This document shows positions 23,329-36,402 of a DNA stretch of 64,000 bases, in pieces. A program made the translations under genes and the position numbers. Positions within the stretch are counted from its first letter, which is position 1. Each line of letters opens with the position of its first letter. The DNA is from Isurus oxyrinchus. Taxonomy: Eukaryota. Location of the stretch: contig JANJGN010000011.1 of assembly GCA_026770705.1 (NCBI GenBank), positions 106,516,001-106,580,000 on the forward strand, given 5' to 3'. A model generated the notes under the pieces. It ran no database searches. It was not told the origin of the DNA and saw only the letters and a list, made by a program, of their open reading frames with translations.

Positions 23329-23780
23329 TTAAAGCTTCTTGGAAATAGTCTTCTGTTTCAGATGAGATATTTCACTATCTCTACTGGTAGGACAACCCTC
23401 TGGGGGGATTCTTGCATGAATTAATGGATCCATAAATGTCTTATGGGAAACTTTACAGTCAGTCTTCTAAAAAATATTCTGCGCAAAACTACTGCAGGTA
23501 GTTTTTACTGTTGGAAATCTGAAGTAAAACTAGAAAATGCTGGAAATATTCAACAACCTGGAAACATCTGTCAAAAGAGAAACAGCTCAGTGCATCAGCT
23601 GATGATGTAAAACACTGGGCAGAGTCATGAACTTCATCCCTGCTGGAGAGGCGGGGTCATTTTCAGGTCGGGTCCTTGACTGACTGATTTGCATGTCAAT
23701 TGGTTGCAGTGCAATAATCATCCTACTTCTTGGTTTCCCAACCAATCAGGGAGGGCAGGTAGGATAAAGCAACAATTAAA

Positions 23781-24718
23781 GATAAAAGCAAAATACAGCA
23801 GATGCTAGAAACCTGAAACAAAAGCAGAAAATGCTGGAAAAACTCAGCAGGTCTAACAGCGTCTGTGGAGAGAAAAACAAGAGGCCTGAGTTTTACCTTT
23901 GGCATGTGGGCGAGCGTCCAACACTCCAGAATGTAATATGACACACGAAGACGTCAGGCGTGCGTCCCGTCATTGTACACTTGCACGATATTTTGTTCAG
24001 CGGGCACACGCTGGAGTCAGCTGCACGTCCACCAATAATTGAAAGGCCTATTAAGGCCATTAAGGACCTTATTAACTTGAAAGTTACTCTGCCTATCCAA
24101 CCTAACGGTTGGCGGGCAGGTGAAAAGGCCAAGCAGTCTTTACATTTTTAGGAAACCTCATCCATGCGCGGAATAAGGTTTCCTAAAGCTAATACTAATT
24201 AAATAAAACCTTTATCTTGACATCAAAAACATGTCCCATCTCACGTGGCACAGTCACATGAGGGGACATATTTTATTCAATTTTTACTGTATTTATTAAT
24301 TTTTTTTCAAAAGCGCTTCAATATCCTTGAGGCAGCTCTGTGCCTCAGGGAGACTGAAGTGCTTTTTCATGCACATGCACAAACTGTGTGCCAGGCCCGT
24401 TCTCCCTCCTCCCCCACCCACAAAGGCAATGCTCCACGCTGCCGCTCACATTCCATGCTGGATGGGCCTTAATTGGCTGGCCCATGTGAAATTGCGGTGC
24501 GGAGCTGATTGCGGTCGGCGGTCGGCTCCCCAACTGTTCCCTCCGAGCACGCTCGACCGAAGGCAAAATTCAGGCCAGAGTTAATGTTTCGAGTCGGTAT
24601 GACTGTTCTTCATCTGAAGAAGAGTCATGCGGACTTGGAGCATTAACTCTTTTTTTTCTTTCCACAGATGCTGTTTGAGCTGCTGAGTTTTTTTCTGCAT
24701 TTTCTGTTCTTGTTTCAG
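23781..24718. mobile_element. fold-back Penelope pseudo-LTR element with two back-to-back degenerate hammerhead motifs
   Basis: Left arm aaaagcaaaatac..gtctgtggagag is inverted relative to ttccacagatgctg..ttttctgttcttgtttcag; hammerhead remnants at 24577-24650. Confidence 0.7.
23883..24576. mobile_element. Harbinger-type MITE
   Basis: TIR ggcctgagtttt / aaaattcaggcc; TSD AGA. Confidence 0.88.
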
Positions 24719-27700
24719 CAATGAAATGTCTCTAATTAAAGGGGCCCTAGCGGGACTCACAACAACAGCAATGATTGTTGCATGCAATCCAGTGGGAAGG
24801 AGCAAAAACCATCAGTATAGATGGAGGACATGGAAAGGCTACTCGGCTTGAGATGACGATAGATGCTGGCAAGGCATGGAGCAAAGTCCCTGTCCCTGAG
24901 GATGTCAGGAGGATTGCCAGCCAGCCCTACCAAACGGGCCTGGTTTTATGTTGTAGAAGCTATCAGGATAAATGTATACAATAGCCTGAACACTCTGGCT
25001 GCCAGTTTATTGATTGATTGATCAGTTTATTGAACTGCCAATGATCATTTAGGGGCTAAATGTTCTTTTACTCTTGACTAGCAGGGAAGTCCAGGAGGAC
25101 TCTGAGAGGGAAGATGGCAAAATTGCTGATGGCAGTGAGGGTTATTCTCAAGGCATCTCCATTCATGGCTCTTGCCCCCTACCCCTGAAAGAATAGCACA
25201 TGATGCCTCCTGCCCCAATGACAGAATCTGCCCCTGCGCAGATTCAGATTGTGTAGCTTTTGCTGGGACTCTCACTAGCTCCAAACACAGAGCATGTTCC
25301 CATGTGTATTTCACAGTAGAGCTGGGGAAAGAGCAACTTACCTTCAGCTCTACTGGAGTCACATAGGAGTGACAGAAAGCGTATGAAGATAAGGTCTTTG
25401 CTGCACAAAGGTAATCATTTGGGAGATGATTATGGTGTTACGCTTCCAATGTTCTCTTTCTTTGAGCAAAAGAATGAGTTTATGTGAACTACCCATTGTC
25501 ATGACCTCTACTTTGTTGGATCAACTGTTGACCCTGGTCAGTTTTACTCCACTGAATGGCATGAGCTGCCTCAATGAGAAAGTACACTGTGAGTATGATG
25601 GTTGGCAGTGTGTATTTAAGGTAGAGGTTTAGTGGTGGTGTTGGGTTATGGTCTTGCACAAGAGACTTGATGGGAAATCTGCAATGCTGCAAACACACTG
25701 CCTGGATGAAGCACTTGCAGGCTTCTTGGGCAAGCCGGTCTGTGGGTGCAGGCACCAACAGCACATCAGGATGCTCCTTCTCCTTCTTTTCCTCCAAAGC
25801 TGCCAGGTGCTCTCCACCTTCCTCTTGCACTAGGTCCAGTCCTCTCTATAAAGTCACATTTTTCAGGGCACAGCAGACCACAACAATCCTTGAGACCCAT
25901 GCTGTGACATGTTGAAGGGCTTTTCCAGACTTGTCAAGGCAGCAGAACCTCATTTTGAGCAAGCCAGTGGCTTGTTCTGCTATTACCTTGTTGGCAACAT
26001 AGGTCTTGTTGTACCTGTCCTGTGCCTCTGAAGACTGGGTCCTTCAATGGGTTCATCTGCCAGGCCTTGAGTGGGGCCTTGTCCTCCAAGAATCAAGCAC
26101 TGTGCCTTTCTGGTGGATAGAAGAGCTGCAGAACCTGAGACTGCTGAAGTATGAAAGAGTTATAGAACCTACCTGGGTGCTTGGTGCACATTTGCATTAT
26201 CTCTGGCAGTGGTCACATATCAGCTGCACATTAAGGAAGCCCTTCTGATTTATAAATATGCCTGACTGTTCTAATGATGCCTTCATTGCCAAATGGGTGG
26301 AGTCTATAACCCCCTGGACCTGTATAATTCCCATTCAGAAAGCAAAGCCGAATGCCCTCTGGATTTGATTGGGCTCAGCCTAATCTCAAAGTTTTATAAA
26401 TCTAATCACACAAACAAAGCAATGTCAGCAGGCTGATGCAGTAATGGGCTGCAGATTGCTAGATCCTAAAGATATCACCAGCAGATCCCTTGAAGGACCC
26501 AGATGCAAAGAAATTAAAGGCTGTGGTCACTTTGATGGCCACGGGCAATGAGTGACCATATGGACCTTTTAGGTGGAGGTCTTCTTCCAGCAGGCTGCAG
26601 ATGTGGGTGCCTGCCTGTCATGACAGCTTGAGCTTTCTGCACTATTGGTATTCAGAGAGGTCAGGGAAGATGACCCTTGGCCTGTAGATCACCTGCTGGG
26701 GAATTGCCTCCTTCAAGATGCAGCTATGTATTCATCCCCTTTGTTCTATCCAGCTTCATGTGGCTGTCGAGAAGGTAGCTGCTGCTGTTGGAGTTACTGC
26801 TCCTGTTGCTGTGGCTGCTTAGCTGGAGCACATTGCACTTCATCCTCAGAGGCCCAATCAACCTCCAAGTATGTGGACATGTCACAGGGAAGTCTCACAG
26901 TCAATAAGGTGACTCTTACTGGAATCCAAGATGCTTGATAGAAGTTCCACAAAGTTGCAGTTCCCAATGAGATTAGTGAATGTAGGCTGAAAAAAAAGTG
27001 TCTGTCATTGTAAGTCTTTCATTGCAGCTGACCACAGGTTTGCTGGTTTCATCCTTTATGCTGCTTCTATTAGGCCAGTTTCATTGTACAATGAGTTCCT
27101 GCTGTGCACTCACCTTCTCCAACCTGGCAAATGACAGACATAGCTTTGAACCTACTGCTGTTTGGGGAAGAAGGAGGCCAGTGTTTAAAAAGGCTCTTAA
27201 TTTGTCTTTTTAATTGTCCCAATTGCTCTCCTGTCAGACCTAATTGTCCTCTCAACTCAGAATCCACCCAGGAGAAAATCAGAAGAGGGAGGAATGATTT
27301 CAGAGTTCGGACCCAACATTAATTTCTGGGGATTTACCAGTTCATATGCAACAGAACCTGCCTCCATTTGCCTGGGAAATTCTGTCCATTAACTCTGTTT
27401 TTCTCTCTACAGATGGTGCCAGACTTGCTGAGTAGTTGCAGCATTTTCTGTTTTTATTTTTTTTAGTTCTATGGGTGAAAGAAACTATCTTTGTCAAGGA
27501 GATTGTTTATTCTAAACTTCATTACAAAACAATACCATGGGCAAAAATTTACTTTAAGAAAATATATATTCACTAAATACAGGTACCATGGAATGAAAAT
27601 GAGCTGAAGAGAAACTTAAACCCAGAATCACCTATCTCCTCTGAGCTTACATGGAGCTGCTACACTTCATCCATTGCTAAATCTGCCTTCAAGAAAGGCA

Positions 27701-28804
27701 AACATGTCCTTTCTAGTCAGCAATCTCAAATCTGTAGGATACCCCAGTCAGTCCATGGTTTGATACTGCTCTTTTCTCTGAGAAGGCTCTTCTGCTCAGG
27801 ATGCAAGACAAAGTTTGTCAGCTGATAGGTGATCTTTCTTCCATCTTCAGCTTCCAACTTCTCTCACACCACTGCAAAACTTCTTTTCCTCTTCACTTTG
27901 TTCATCCAAATATGGAGAAAACTTTGTAAACTTCTTTCTACCAATTGATGCCCATGCTGCAAGTAAGACATTGTTGAAATCAAAGACCCACCACACTGTC
28001 TCCTGTTTTTTTTGTCAGAACTGTAGAAATCCTTCCCTTCCTAAGGTACAGATCAACACTTGACTGAATGGTAAAACAGGTTTGAGTTAAATTTTTCCTA
28101 TATCCCCTCACATTCTTTCTCAATTCAACCTTTCAGCTATTTGAATCCAAGTTTAACTTTGCACATCCAATGTTTTCTCATTTATCTCACCTCTTTTTAA
28201 CCTTGTAAAGTGGGTGTTGACACTTTAGCTTGATGTTTCAATCTAAAAATAAATCTTCTGTGCAAATATCAATATACAATAAGCTCTGAATTGAAGTGAA
28301 AAGTCATACTGATTTTAAACATATTCTTTTGAGTTTACTTGCAAATTTGGAAGCTTTGCAATTCAGCTTACCTAACATGTAAGGTGCAAATGAACCCGAA
28401 AGGAATGTGACTTTATGAAACTGACTATTCAGAATTCTTCCAAACATTCTAAAATACATATTTTAAAAAAAATGTTATTACATTTAAAATCTGCATTCAA
28501 CATAGCTGATAGCTAGTTTTCGAATGGAAGCCAAGTGAACAGTATCACTGGCCTCCTACACTGCTGTTGTAAGCAGTGGACTCCCTCTTAACTCAAAGAA
28601 CCACCTATCTACATACAATCAGAATATCTGTGCACACTTCCTACATCACACTTAATCGTAGGTGAATATATGAAATTAGTTTGCTCTAGACACGTTTCCT
28701 GCATCTGGCACATATGTTAATTCCTTTAACCTCACTACGTCATCAACCAGCAGCACATTAGAACATTTTGCCAAGAAAAGTCAAGTTTGTTTACCTATTA
28801 ATTC

Positions 28805-29210
28805 ACAGAATCACAGAATTTTAATGGCACAGGAGGAGGCCATTCAGCCCATTGTGTCTGCACTGGCTCTCCAAATGAGCATTATAACCTAGTGCCATTG
28901 CCCTGCCTTTCCCCGTACTCCTGCACATTGTTTCTATTCAAATTGAATGCCCTCTTGAATACCTCGAATGAACCTGCCTCCACCACACTTCCAGGCAGTG
29001 CATTCTAGACCCAAGAGACTCGTGTGAAAAGTTTTTTCTCACGTCATGTTTGCTTCTTTTGCAAATCACTTTAAATCTGTGCATTCTTGATCCTTCTATG
29101 AGCAGGAACAGCTTCTCCCTATCTACTTCAGCCCCCTCATGATTTTGAACATCTCTATCAAATCTCCTCTTACCCTTCTTCTCTCCAAGGAGAACAGTCC
29201 CAACCTCTTA
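28805..29210 (-). mobile_element. CR1 3' fragment
   Basis: (cacagaat)n tail, ggaggccattcagcccat, cctccaccacact..ggcagtgcattc. Confidence 0.75.
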
Positions 29211-29514
29211 CTATATTTAAGCAGTACTTTATAAATTTCAACATCAAAATTAGTCTTTTAGAGGTACTTCATCCACAGCTACAGCTCTCTCCTCATCAAC
29301 CTCTACTCCTCTGGTCCCCATACACATACACAGCTCCTCACTTCACCACTATCTCCACTGTCTCCCAATGGCTCCACCTTCTTACCCATTCTTCTGTCTC
29401 TGCAATTCCTTTCTGCTCTATCCATGCTCTCCAAAACTCATTCTTACTTAGTTCACTCTTCACTTTGCATATTCCAGCACTGCACTTCCCTCTCTCTACC
29501 ATCTTTACTCCTAT

Positions 29515-30406
29515 TGTTGTGATTATCTAGTTCATGGCCAGAATTTTGATGTCAGCGTGCAGGGACTGGCCTGGCAGGCTAACACATAAAATGATGCGCG
29601 GTGACATCGGGCATGCGTCCTGACATCATCGCGCGTCATTTAGATATCACATTAGGCGGGTGTGTGCTGGAGGCGAGCGGCAATCTGCCCGCCCGCTCCC
29701 ACTCCCCACCAGCCTGCCCGACATACAGAAAATTCTCCTCCATGATTCATATGTTTAAGAATATAACTTTTAGCTTTAGGAATATAACTTTTAGTTTGGG
29801 AATTGGAACTTTTCAGTGTAAGTTAAATGGTAAAAAAAAACTAAGTCTATGAGCAATCAAAAAGCTGGGGCCATGTTGACTTAAGAGATGGGAACTAGAA
29901 AGATAAGATCATAAAGAGCAGAGAGCTTGGTCTTAGCTTCATAATGCTGCCAGTAGGTCTCAGAAGCACTGTCCTGTCTTTGTTAGAACTAGAAGTCATT
30001 CATATAGTTTCCCAGAAAACTTTAGAATTAAAAGTTAGTTACATTGCATTTCTGCCTGTGAACATGCTGAAGAAATGGTAATTCAGGTTGGAGCCTTGCT
30101 GAGAAGAGCTTTTTTATTTAAATGATCTCTGTGTGTTTGCTGACAGAAGTAGGCAGTTCACTTTGGGGAACAGGCAGAGGCAGTGGGGTGTGGGTGAAGG
30201 AGGGGGAAGTAAAAAATATAACTGGGTTTATGGCATAAGTCTTTATAAGTACAGTGTTAAATTTCTGGTGTTAGCTTAGTTAAATTTCTCTTTATATACA
30301 ATAAAGTTTGTTTTACAATAAAAAACACAAAATCTTGTGGCGTAGTTCTGTCAGTTAATTACCGGGTGTTCGGATTTTGATAACAATTCCTAACAGGATT
30401 GTAACA
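29515..30406 (+). mobile_element. solo LTR candidate containing a mini-MITE
   Basis: TGTTGTGAT...ATTGTAACA termini; AATAAA at about 30300; weak TSD. Confidence 0.45.
29536..29740. mobile_element. 205-bp internally deleted Harbinger-type MITE
   Basis: ggccagaatttt / aaaattctcctc; TSD CAT. Confidence 0.75.
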
Positions 30407-31399
30407 TTTATTAGGTCTTCATTGCTCCTCTTCACTCCATAGCATGTCAGCAATACTATGTACTGGGATTCTTCTCAGCACTCATTACCAAAATTCTCAC
30501 TAATTAAATCTTAACTGAGGTGATCGGGGCAGTAAGAACCTGCAATGGAGTTTTGCAGGATGCAGGGTTAACTGATCTCTTTTAGTAAGGGTCTTACAAC
30601 TTGTCATATCCATGAGTTAAGAAGGGGGTAACCAGTTACAATCCCTCTTCCTTACTATCCTTCAACTTGCTGGAAGTAATGCTCACCAAAGCCCAGTAGG
30701 TGTCTGGAGATGGGCTCCTGGTGGCAGGCCAGGCAGACCAGTGAGGTTTCCTTTATCTCCCCACCTCCAAAGCAGTGAATGCTAGAGGATCACAGCTGTG
30801 GCCGCAGGTCATCCTCTGGAGCGGTTCTCCCTCCACATTAATGGCATGGCAGCTGTGGCCATACTTACTTTTAACCATTTAAGATATCTTCAGAGGACGC
30901 CTCCATCTTGAGGCGTCCTCATGGTCCATCACCTACATCAGCATTGTCCACCTCTCCCAGTGAGGCTGCCCACCAAACACAGTCCCGGCTGCTCCAACTG
31001 GGCCCCCCACCTGCAGAGTCTACCTGCAGCTCCTAATTAGACAGGGGTTCCTAGGGGGCCTGTTAATTAGCTTCCTCTGGAAAGCTCGCAGAGGTGGGCA
31101 GCCCGGATACTCCATCATTGGTAAGGCAAAGGGAAAGAGTGATGCACAGAGAGCTAATAGCATTAGAGGGTATGTAGAGCTGGAGGAGCTGTAGGACTGG
31201 AGCAAGGCCATGGAAGAATTTTCTTATTAAAATAAGGAAATTAAGTTGAATACATTGGAAGACAGGGATCAATGCAGGTTGCTCAGTAAAGTGTCACCAA
31301 GGGCAGAAGAGAACATTCCCATTTCTTTGTTTTATAGAATGTGAAGATTTCAGTGAGATATATCGTAATAATGTTTAAAACTCAAAACAAATAAAAAAG

Positions 31400-31680
31400 G
31401 AGCTTGTTTTATATATCTACTTTCATGATCTCAGGTTGAATCAGAATACTTTAGTGCCATTAAGTAGTTTTGAATTGCTGTCACCGTTGTAATGTCGGGA
31501 AACACAGCTGCAAATTTATGTGCAACAAAGTTCCACCATTAGCAAAGTGAGAATAACCAAATTATTTGTTTCAGTGATATTGGTTGAGGGTTAATATTAA
31601 CCAAGACACTGAGAACATCCCTGTTTTTTTTTCAAATAGTGCATTGGAATCCTTTACATCCAGCTTGAGAGAGGAAACTG
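31400..31680 (-). mobile_element. Deu-domain SINE
   Basis: Reverse complement of the Deu core (ggttgagggttaatatt..tcaaatagtgc..tttacatcc) with an L2-like tail. Confidence 0.65.
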
Positions 31681-31834
31681 AACTTTAAATTAATTCCCCA
31701 ACAAGCAGGCCTTATCCAATGACCCTCCTGGTTATGGACTGGATTTTACCATCCTTATGGTAAGAAAATGGATTGTATTTTCTCCTCCCTTCTCGCTGTC
31801 TGAGGTGCATGGACACCGAGTTCCAGCTTTCTCT

Positions 31835-32600
31835 TTTTTATTCATTCAAGGGATGCGTGCATCTCTGGCTAGGCCAGCATTTATTGCCCATTCTTAATTG
31901 CCCTTGAGAAGGTGGTGGTGAGCTGCCTTCTTGAACCGCTGCAGTTCATGTGGTGCAGGTACACCCAGAGTGCTATTAAGGAGGGAGTTCCAGGATTTTG
32001 ACCTAGCGATAGTGAAGGAACAGCGATATATTTCCAAATCAAGATGATGAGTGGCTTGGAGAGAAATTTCCAGGTGGTAGTGTTCCCATGTGTCTGCTAT
32101 CCTTGTCCTTCTGGATGGAAACACTTGTGTGTTTGGAAGTTGCTGTCTAAGGAGGCTTGGGAGTTCCTGCAGTGCATCTTGTAAATGGTACACACTGCTG
32201 CCACTGTGCATTGGTGCTGGAGAGACTGAATGTTTGTGGATGAGGTGCCAATCAAGTGGGCTACTTTGTCCTGAATGGTGTCAAATTTCTTGAGTGTTGT
32301 TGGAACTACATTCATCCAGGCAATTGGAGAGTATTCCATTACACTCCTGATTTGTGCCTTGTAGATGGTAGACAGGCTATGGGGAGCCAGGAAGTGAGTT
32401 ACTCATTGCAAGATTCCTAGCCTCTGATCTGCTCTTCCAGCCACATTATTCATATGGTTAGTCCATTTCAGTTCCTGGTCCAGGATGTTGATAGCAGGTG
32501 AAACAGCGATGGTAATGCCAGTGAATCTCAAGGGGTGATGCTTAGATTCTCTCTTGTTGGAGATGGTTATTGCCTGGCTTGTGAGGTGTGAATGCTACTA
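31835..32600 (-). mobile_element. CR1-like LINE 3' part
   Basis: MEYSPIAWM..TTLKKFDTIQDK; ..KKAAHHHLLKGN. Confidence 0.85.
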
Positions 32601-32809
32601 GCAGTAATGACTAAGAGAGGTCTGAAGCAGGTTCATAAGGACTCAAAATGTTAACTTTGTTTTTTTTTTCTCTCTCCACAGATGCTGTCAGGCCTGCTGA
32701 GGTTTTCCAGCATTTTCTGTTTTTGATCCTGGAAGATTGGCTGATTGTCCTCTCTTCCTATCATTCAGGGAATAGAAGACTGAGGAAAAAGAAAGTTACA
32801 TAGACACAC

Positions 32810-33205
32810 ACATAGAACTGGTGTGGACCATGCAGTTGCTTCAACCTTTTCCACCATTCAATTAGGATATGGCTGATCGATTCCTCAACTCAATTTACCT
32901 GCCTTTATTCAATATTCTTTGAAAGCTTTAACTGTCAATAATCTAACAATCCTGGTACTGAAAATTTAAGTTGACCAAATTTCCAGAGTTTTTTGGAATA
33001 GCAACTTTCAAATTTCTGCTGCCTTTGGCATGAAGTGCTTCCTCATTTTACTCCTGAATCCAGGCTCTAATTTTTAAGTTATGTTTCCTTATTCTTGATG
33101 CCACGCCAGAGAAAATAATCTCTGTATCCAGCCTTTTGAATCCTTTTATCATTTTAAACACCTTAATTAGACCATTCATAATCTTCTGTCCTTGAAGGAA
33201 TAAAC
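32810..33205 (-). mobile_element. old CR1 3' fragment
   Basis: ccaccattcaattaggatatggctgatc, aagtgcttcctcattttactcctgaa. Confidence 0.55.
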
Positions 33206-34697
33206 ACAAAGTCTTCCCAGCCTATGCAGAGATATCAGCCTCCAATTCCTTTTTAATTGTTGAGATATGAAAATATGAAATCTCTCATACTCGTTGGCCT
33301 TTAAATCTGTCAGTCAGCCTTATGGAGATGAAATACACAGGAAGCCATCTGTGGAGCCACCTGTGATTCCTGACATTCTTGAATATGCAGACTTACAGCT
33401 CATGGGTGACTTAATGGGACTAATAAACTTGAGTAATTAATGGGACTTGGAGGCTGAAGTTTCCCCTAGTTAGCTTTAATTTAGAAGTCCGTTTGAAATG
33501 AATAATCTAGCAGTGAGGTCACATATCCTCAATAGGTGACGGTGATAATCAGTTTAAGCATGAGCACAGTTTAAAAGCATCACAAATCAAACCCTCCAAT
33601 GAAGAATTAACACTTGTGATTACAGTGAGCATGCCAACTTTTAATGATTATCAGAATGAAAAAGACAACTCTGACCAAAAATGTTCCATAAAATTATCCC
33701 TTTAGAACACTAAGGATTGTGGAAACTTCAATAGTTGGTTAGTTTTGTAACATCATTCGAATATATGCAAATGAGTACCCTGGCACATACTGTGATTTAT
33801 AATTTGAAGCATTCATAGTACAGCATAATTTTTAGATAATCGGTATAATAGACTAAAATTTAGTTCAATTTTATGTGTATTATTTCTGACTGTTCTGAAT
33901 AAATCTGTATTGGAATTGATTTCAATGTAATTACTTTGCATGCAGACAAATGCAAACATAGTTCCTGCTGTGCTATTCAGTGAAGGGCAGCTTTTTTGAA
34001 TTAAAGGATTCCAATGCACTATTTGAAGAAAAAACAGGGATGTTCTCAGTGTCTTGGTCAATATTAACCCTCAACCCCCCCAACCCCCCTACCGCCCCAC
34101 CATAAATTAGCTTGCTGGCCGTTACCCAGTGGGATCTCTAGGCCTCATTTTGGCAGTCTGCAGCAGCCTTAAGTCTAAATTAGGCCAGGCCTTTATATGA
34201 CACCAGCCTCTTCACAGCTGGGACAGGCCAACAGGTGTACTCAGCCAATGGATAACATGGGCCCTTCTAATTTTTAAAGTAGTGGGAACCTCCCTACTTT
34301 GGCTGAATAACGAATGCAAGAGGCAGCTTCCACATGCAAGAGTTAGAAATCTAACCTTATTCTAGAAGTGATTGGGATTAGTCACAGTTACCAAATCTTT
34401 GGGTTGCTGGAGTGTACATGAGAAATGTTCGAGGATACGCATTGCATACTCTAAATAAATAGGATAACAAACCATGAATGGTTCATTGTAAAAAGTATAT
34501 ATATTAACAAGTTGAAGCAACAGCTAAAATGCCAACAAGCGTTTTTTCAATAATTTAAACCGTGGGGAAGGTAAAATTCTACCGTGGCATGAGTGGAAAA
34601 TGGATATCAGTTGATTGGCCACCTGAGATACCCTCACCCAATTTTTATTTCCATTGATTTTCACCCCAGCAATTATCTGAAACCAGAATACAATAGG

Positions 34698-34878
34698 CAG
34701 GGTTAATGTTTCAAGTCCAATATGATTCATCTTCAGAACACCTGGTTCTGAAGAGGAGTCATGTTGGACTCGAAACATTAACTCTGTTTCTCCACAGATG
34801 CTGTCAGATGTGCTGAGTTTTTCCAGTATTTTTCTGTTTTTATTTTGGATTTCCAGCATCGGCAGTATTTTGCTTTAT
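34698..34878. mobile_element. Penelope pseudo-LTR with back-to-back hammerhead motifs
   Basis: 34702-34739 is an inverted copy of 34745-34782; plus-strand motif GGTT-CTGAAGA-G-GAGTC-atgttg-GACTC-GAAA-CATT-AACT. Confidence 0.72.
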
Positions 34879-36190
34879 TAATGTCGGGAGGGGTTTAATT
34901 GAGAGTCGTTATTGATTGGGTGATATGGACAAGTGTCAAACCCATCCAATGTTAGTAGTTTGAAGCCCAAGCTATTTTAAATCCCATGCTTAGTATGAAT
35001 CCCAGCTGGCAAATGCCAGCCTGAATTGGCAGAAGGAGGCAAAAGGCAATCAAAATATGGGCCCTGGAGGCTGCCCATTGACAACAATGTAAGTTATGCC
35101 ACAGTTGGCATATGGTTGTGGGTGGGAAAAGTAGTCCATGGCAGCAGAATCCAAAAATGCCCTTGCTGGACCTGGAAGAGCACAGCTCCTCTTCTTGGGT
35201 CTGCTAAGTGAAGTTATTGTCTTACCTTAGAGAGCACTTCCTCCTCTTCCTCAAATGATGGCTAACTGATTGCTTTTGGGTGCAAATGATGTCAAACAAT
35301 TTCAATATTTTCTGGCAGAGAGCACCTCCTCTTCTTCGTCTTCAGATTTTACTGAAGCTGCATGCTCACTCTTAGCACCCGACTTGATAGAATGTTAAAA
35401 TCAGGATTTTAATGACATTTATAGAACTGCCAATTAGTATGTTTTAATGAAGGTGCCTGCTTGAGTCAGGTAGGCACATTGGCTGCCTAAAGAAAGGGCT
35501 TGGTTAGGATGGTGGTGTATGGGAATCAAGTGGGAACAGAGCAGCAAGTCTTTACAGAGCTATTTTAACTGTAAACGTTACCAGGCGGAGTGGTTTAACA
35601 TTCCCCACAAAGTACCTTTCCCAGAGTCTAATGATGACCTCTTTACATCAGCACAGGCCTCTGCACCCAAAACATTCTATCACAATGCAGCGACCCGGAA
35701 ATACAATTGAACTGAAGGGCGTATATCTGCCACTCAGGTGTAGCCTTTGAAGCGAGAGGGTCAGGCTCTCTGAAGAATCCTTCTCCTAATCAAAGCCTTT
35801 CTTGTCCAAATGTAACACAGAGAAAACAACCACCTTCTGTGAACAAAATAACTGCTGACTGGACAGTCATAAGCAACATAAGCATTGCTAAATTTTGACA
35901 AACTATCCACAGTAACATTCAAACCAAGTTTGATGTTAGAGTTTCTCTGTGTGCCATCCCAGCGTGCAGCAACTCCTCTTCCAATATAAAAGCCTGCTGT
36001 GTTACATTACAGATCAAGATAAAAGGAGTTGTTTCAGAAAAAATGCTGCATTTAAAACAACACTCCAAAAAGATGGACTAGTGATAATTCCATTTAAAAA
36101 GATTTGTCGTTTGAATAACGGATTAATCCATTCACCTTTAAAGAAAATGTAATCACTAACTGACAGCTTACAAGACAATGGTAAAAAGGA

Positions 36191-36402
36191 AACAAAAACA
36201 GAATTACCTGGAAAAACTCAGCAGGTCTGGCAGCATCAGCGGAGAAGAAAAGAGTTGACGTTTCGAGTCCTCATGACCCTTCAACAGAACAACAACAACT
36301 CTTTTCTTCTCCGCCGATGCTGCCAGACACCTGCTGAGTTTTTCCAGGTAATTCTGTTTTTGTTTTGGATTTCCAGCATCCGCAATTTTTTTGCTTTTAT
36401 CT
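36191..36402. mobile_element. 212-bp fold-back Penelope-derived mini-element with hammerhead motif
   Basis: Perfect 14-bp TSD aatggtaaaaagga (36177-36190, 36403-36416); about 67-bp inverted arms; minus-strand hammerhead at 36252-36292. Confidence 0.85.

Larger units (their letters stand above)
23617..27387 (-). mobile_element. decayed Harbinger element (transposase fossil about 25660-26880, minus strand)
   Basis: TIR-like gggcagagtc / gaaattctgtcc, TSD ACT/ATT; VIDSTHLAMKA, FINQKGFLNVQLICDH, SFILQQSQVLQLF. Confidence 0.75.

Noticed and set aside
27585-28070. Possible host exon (purine-rich minus strand)
   Set aside because: No sustained open frame in the ORF track and no recognisable domain
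29754-29795. 21-bp tandem duplication (ttta.gaatataacttttag)
   Set aside because: Only two units inside an LTR-like repeat; ordinary slippage, not an array
35612-35790. Possible minus-strand exon bounded by ag and gt
   Set aside because: The two longest frames hit stops before the donor site; no known motif
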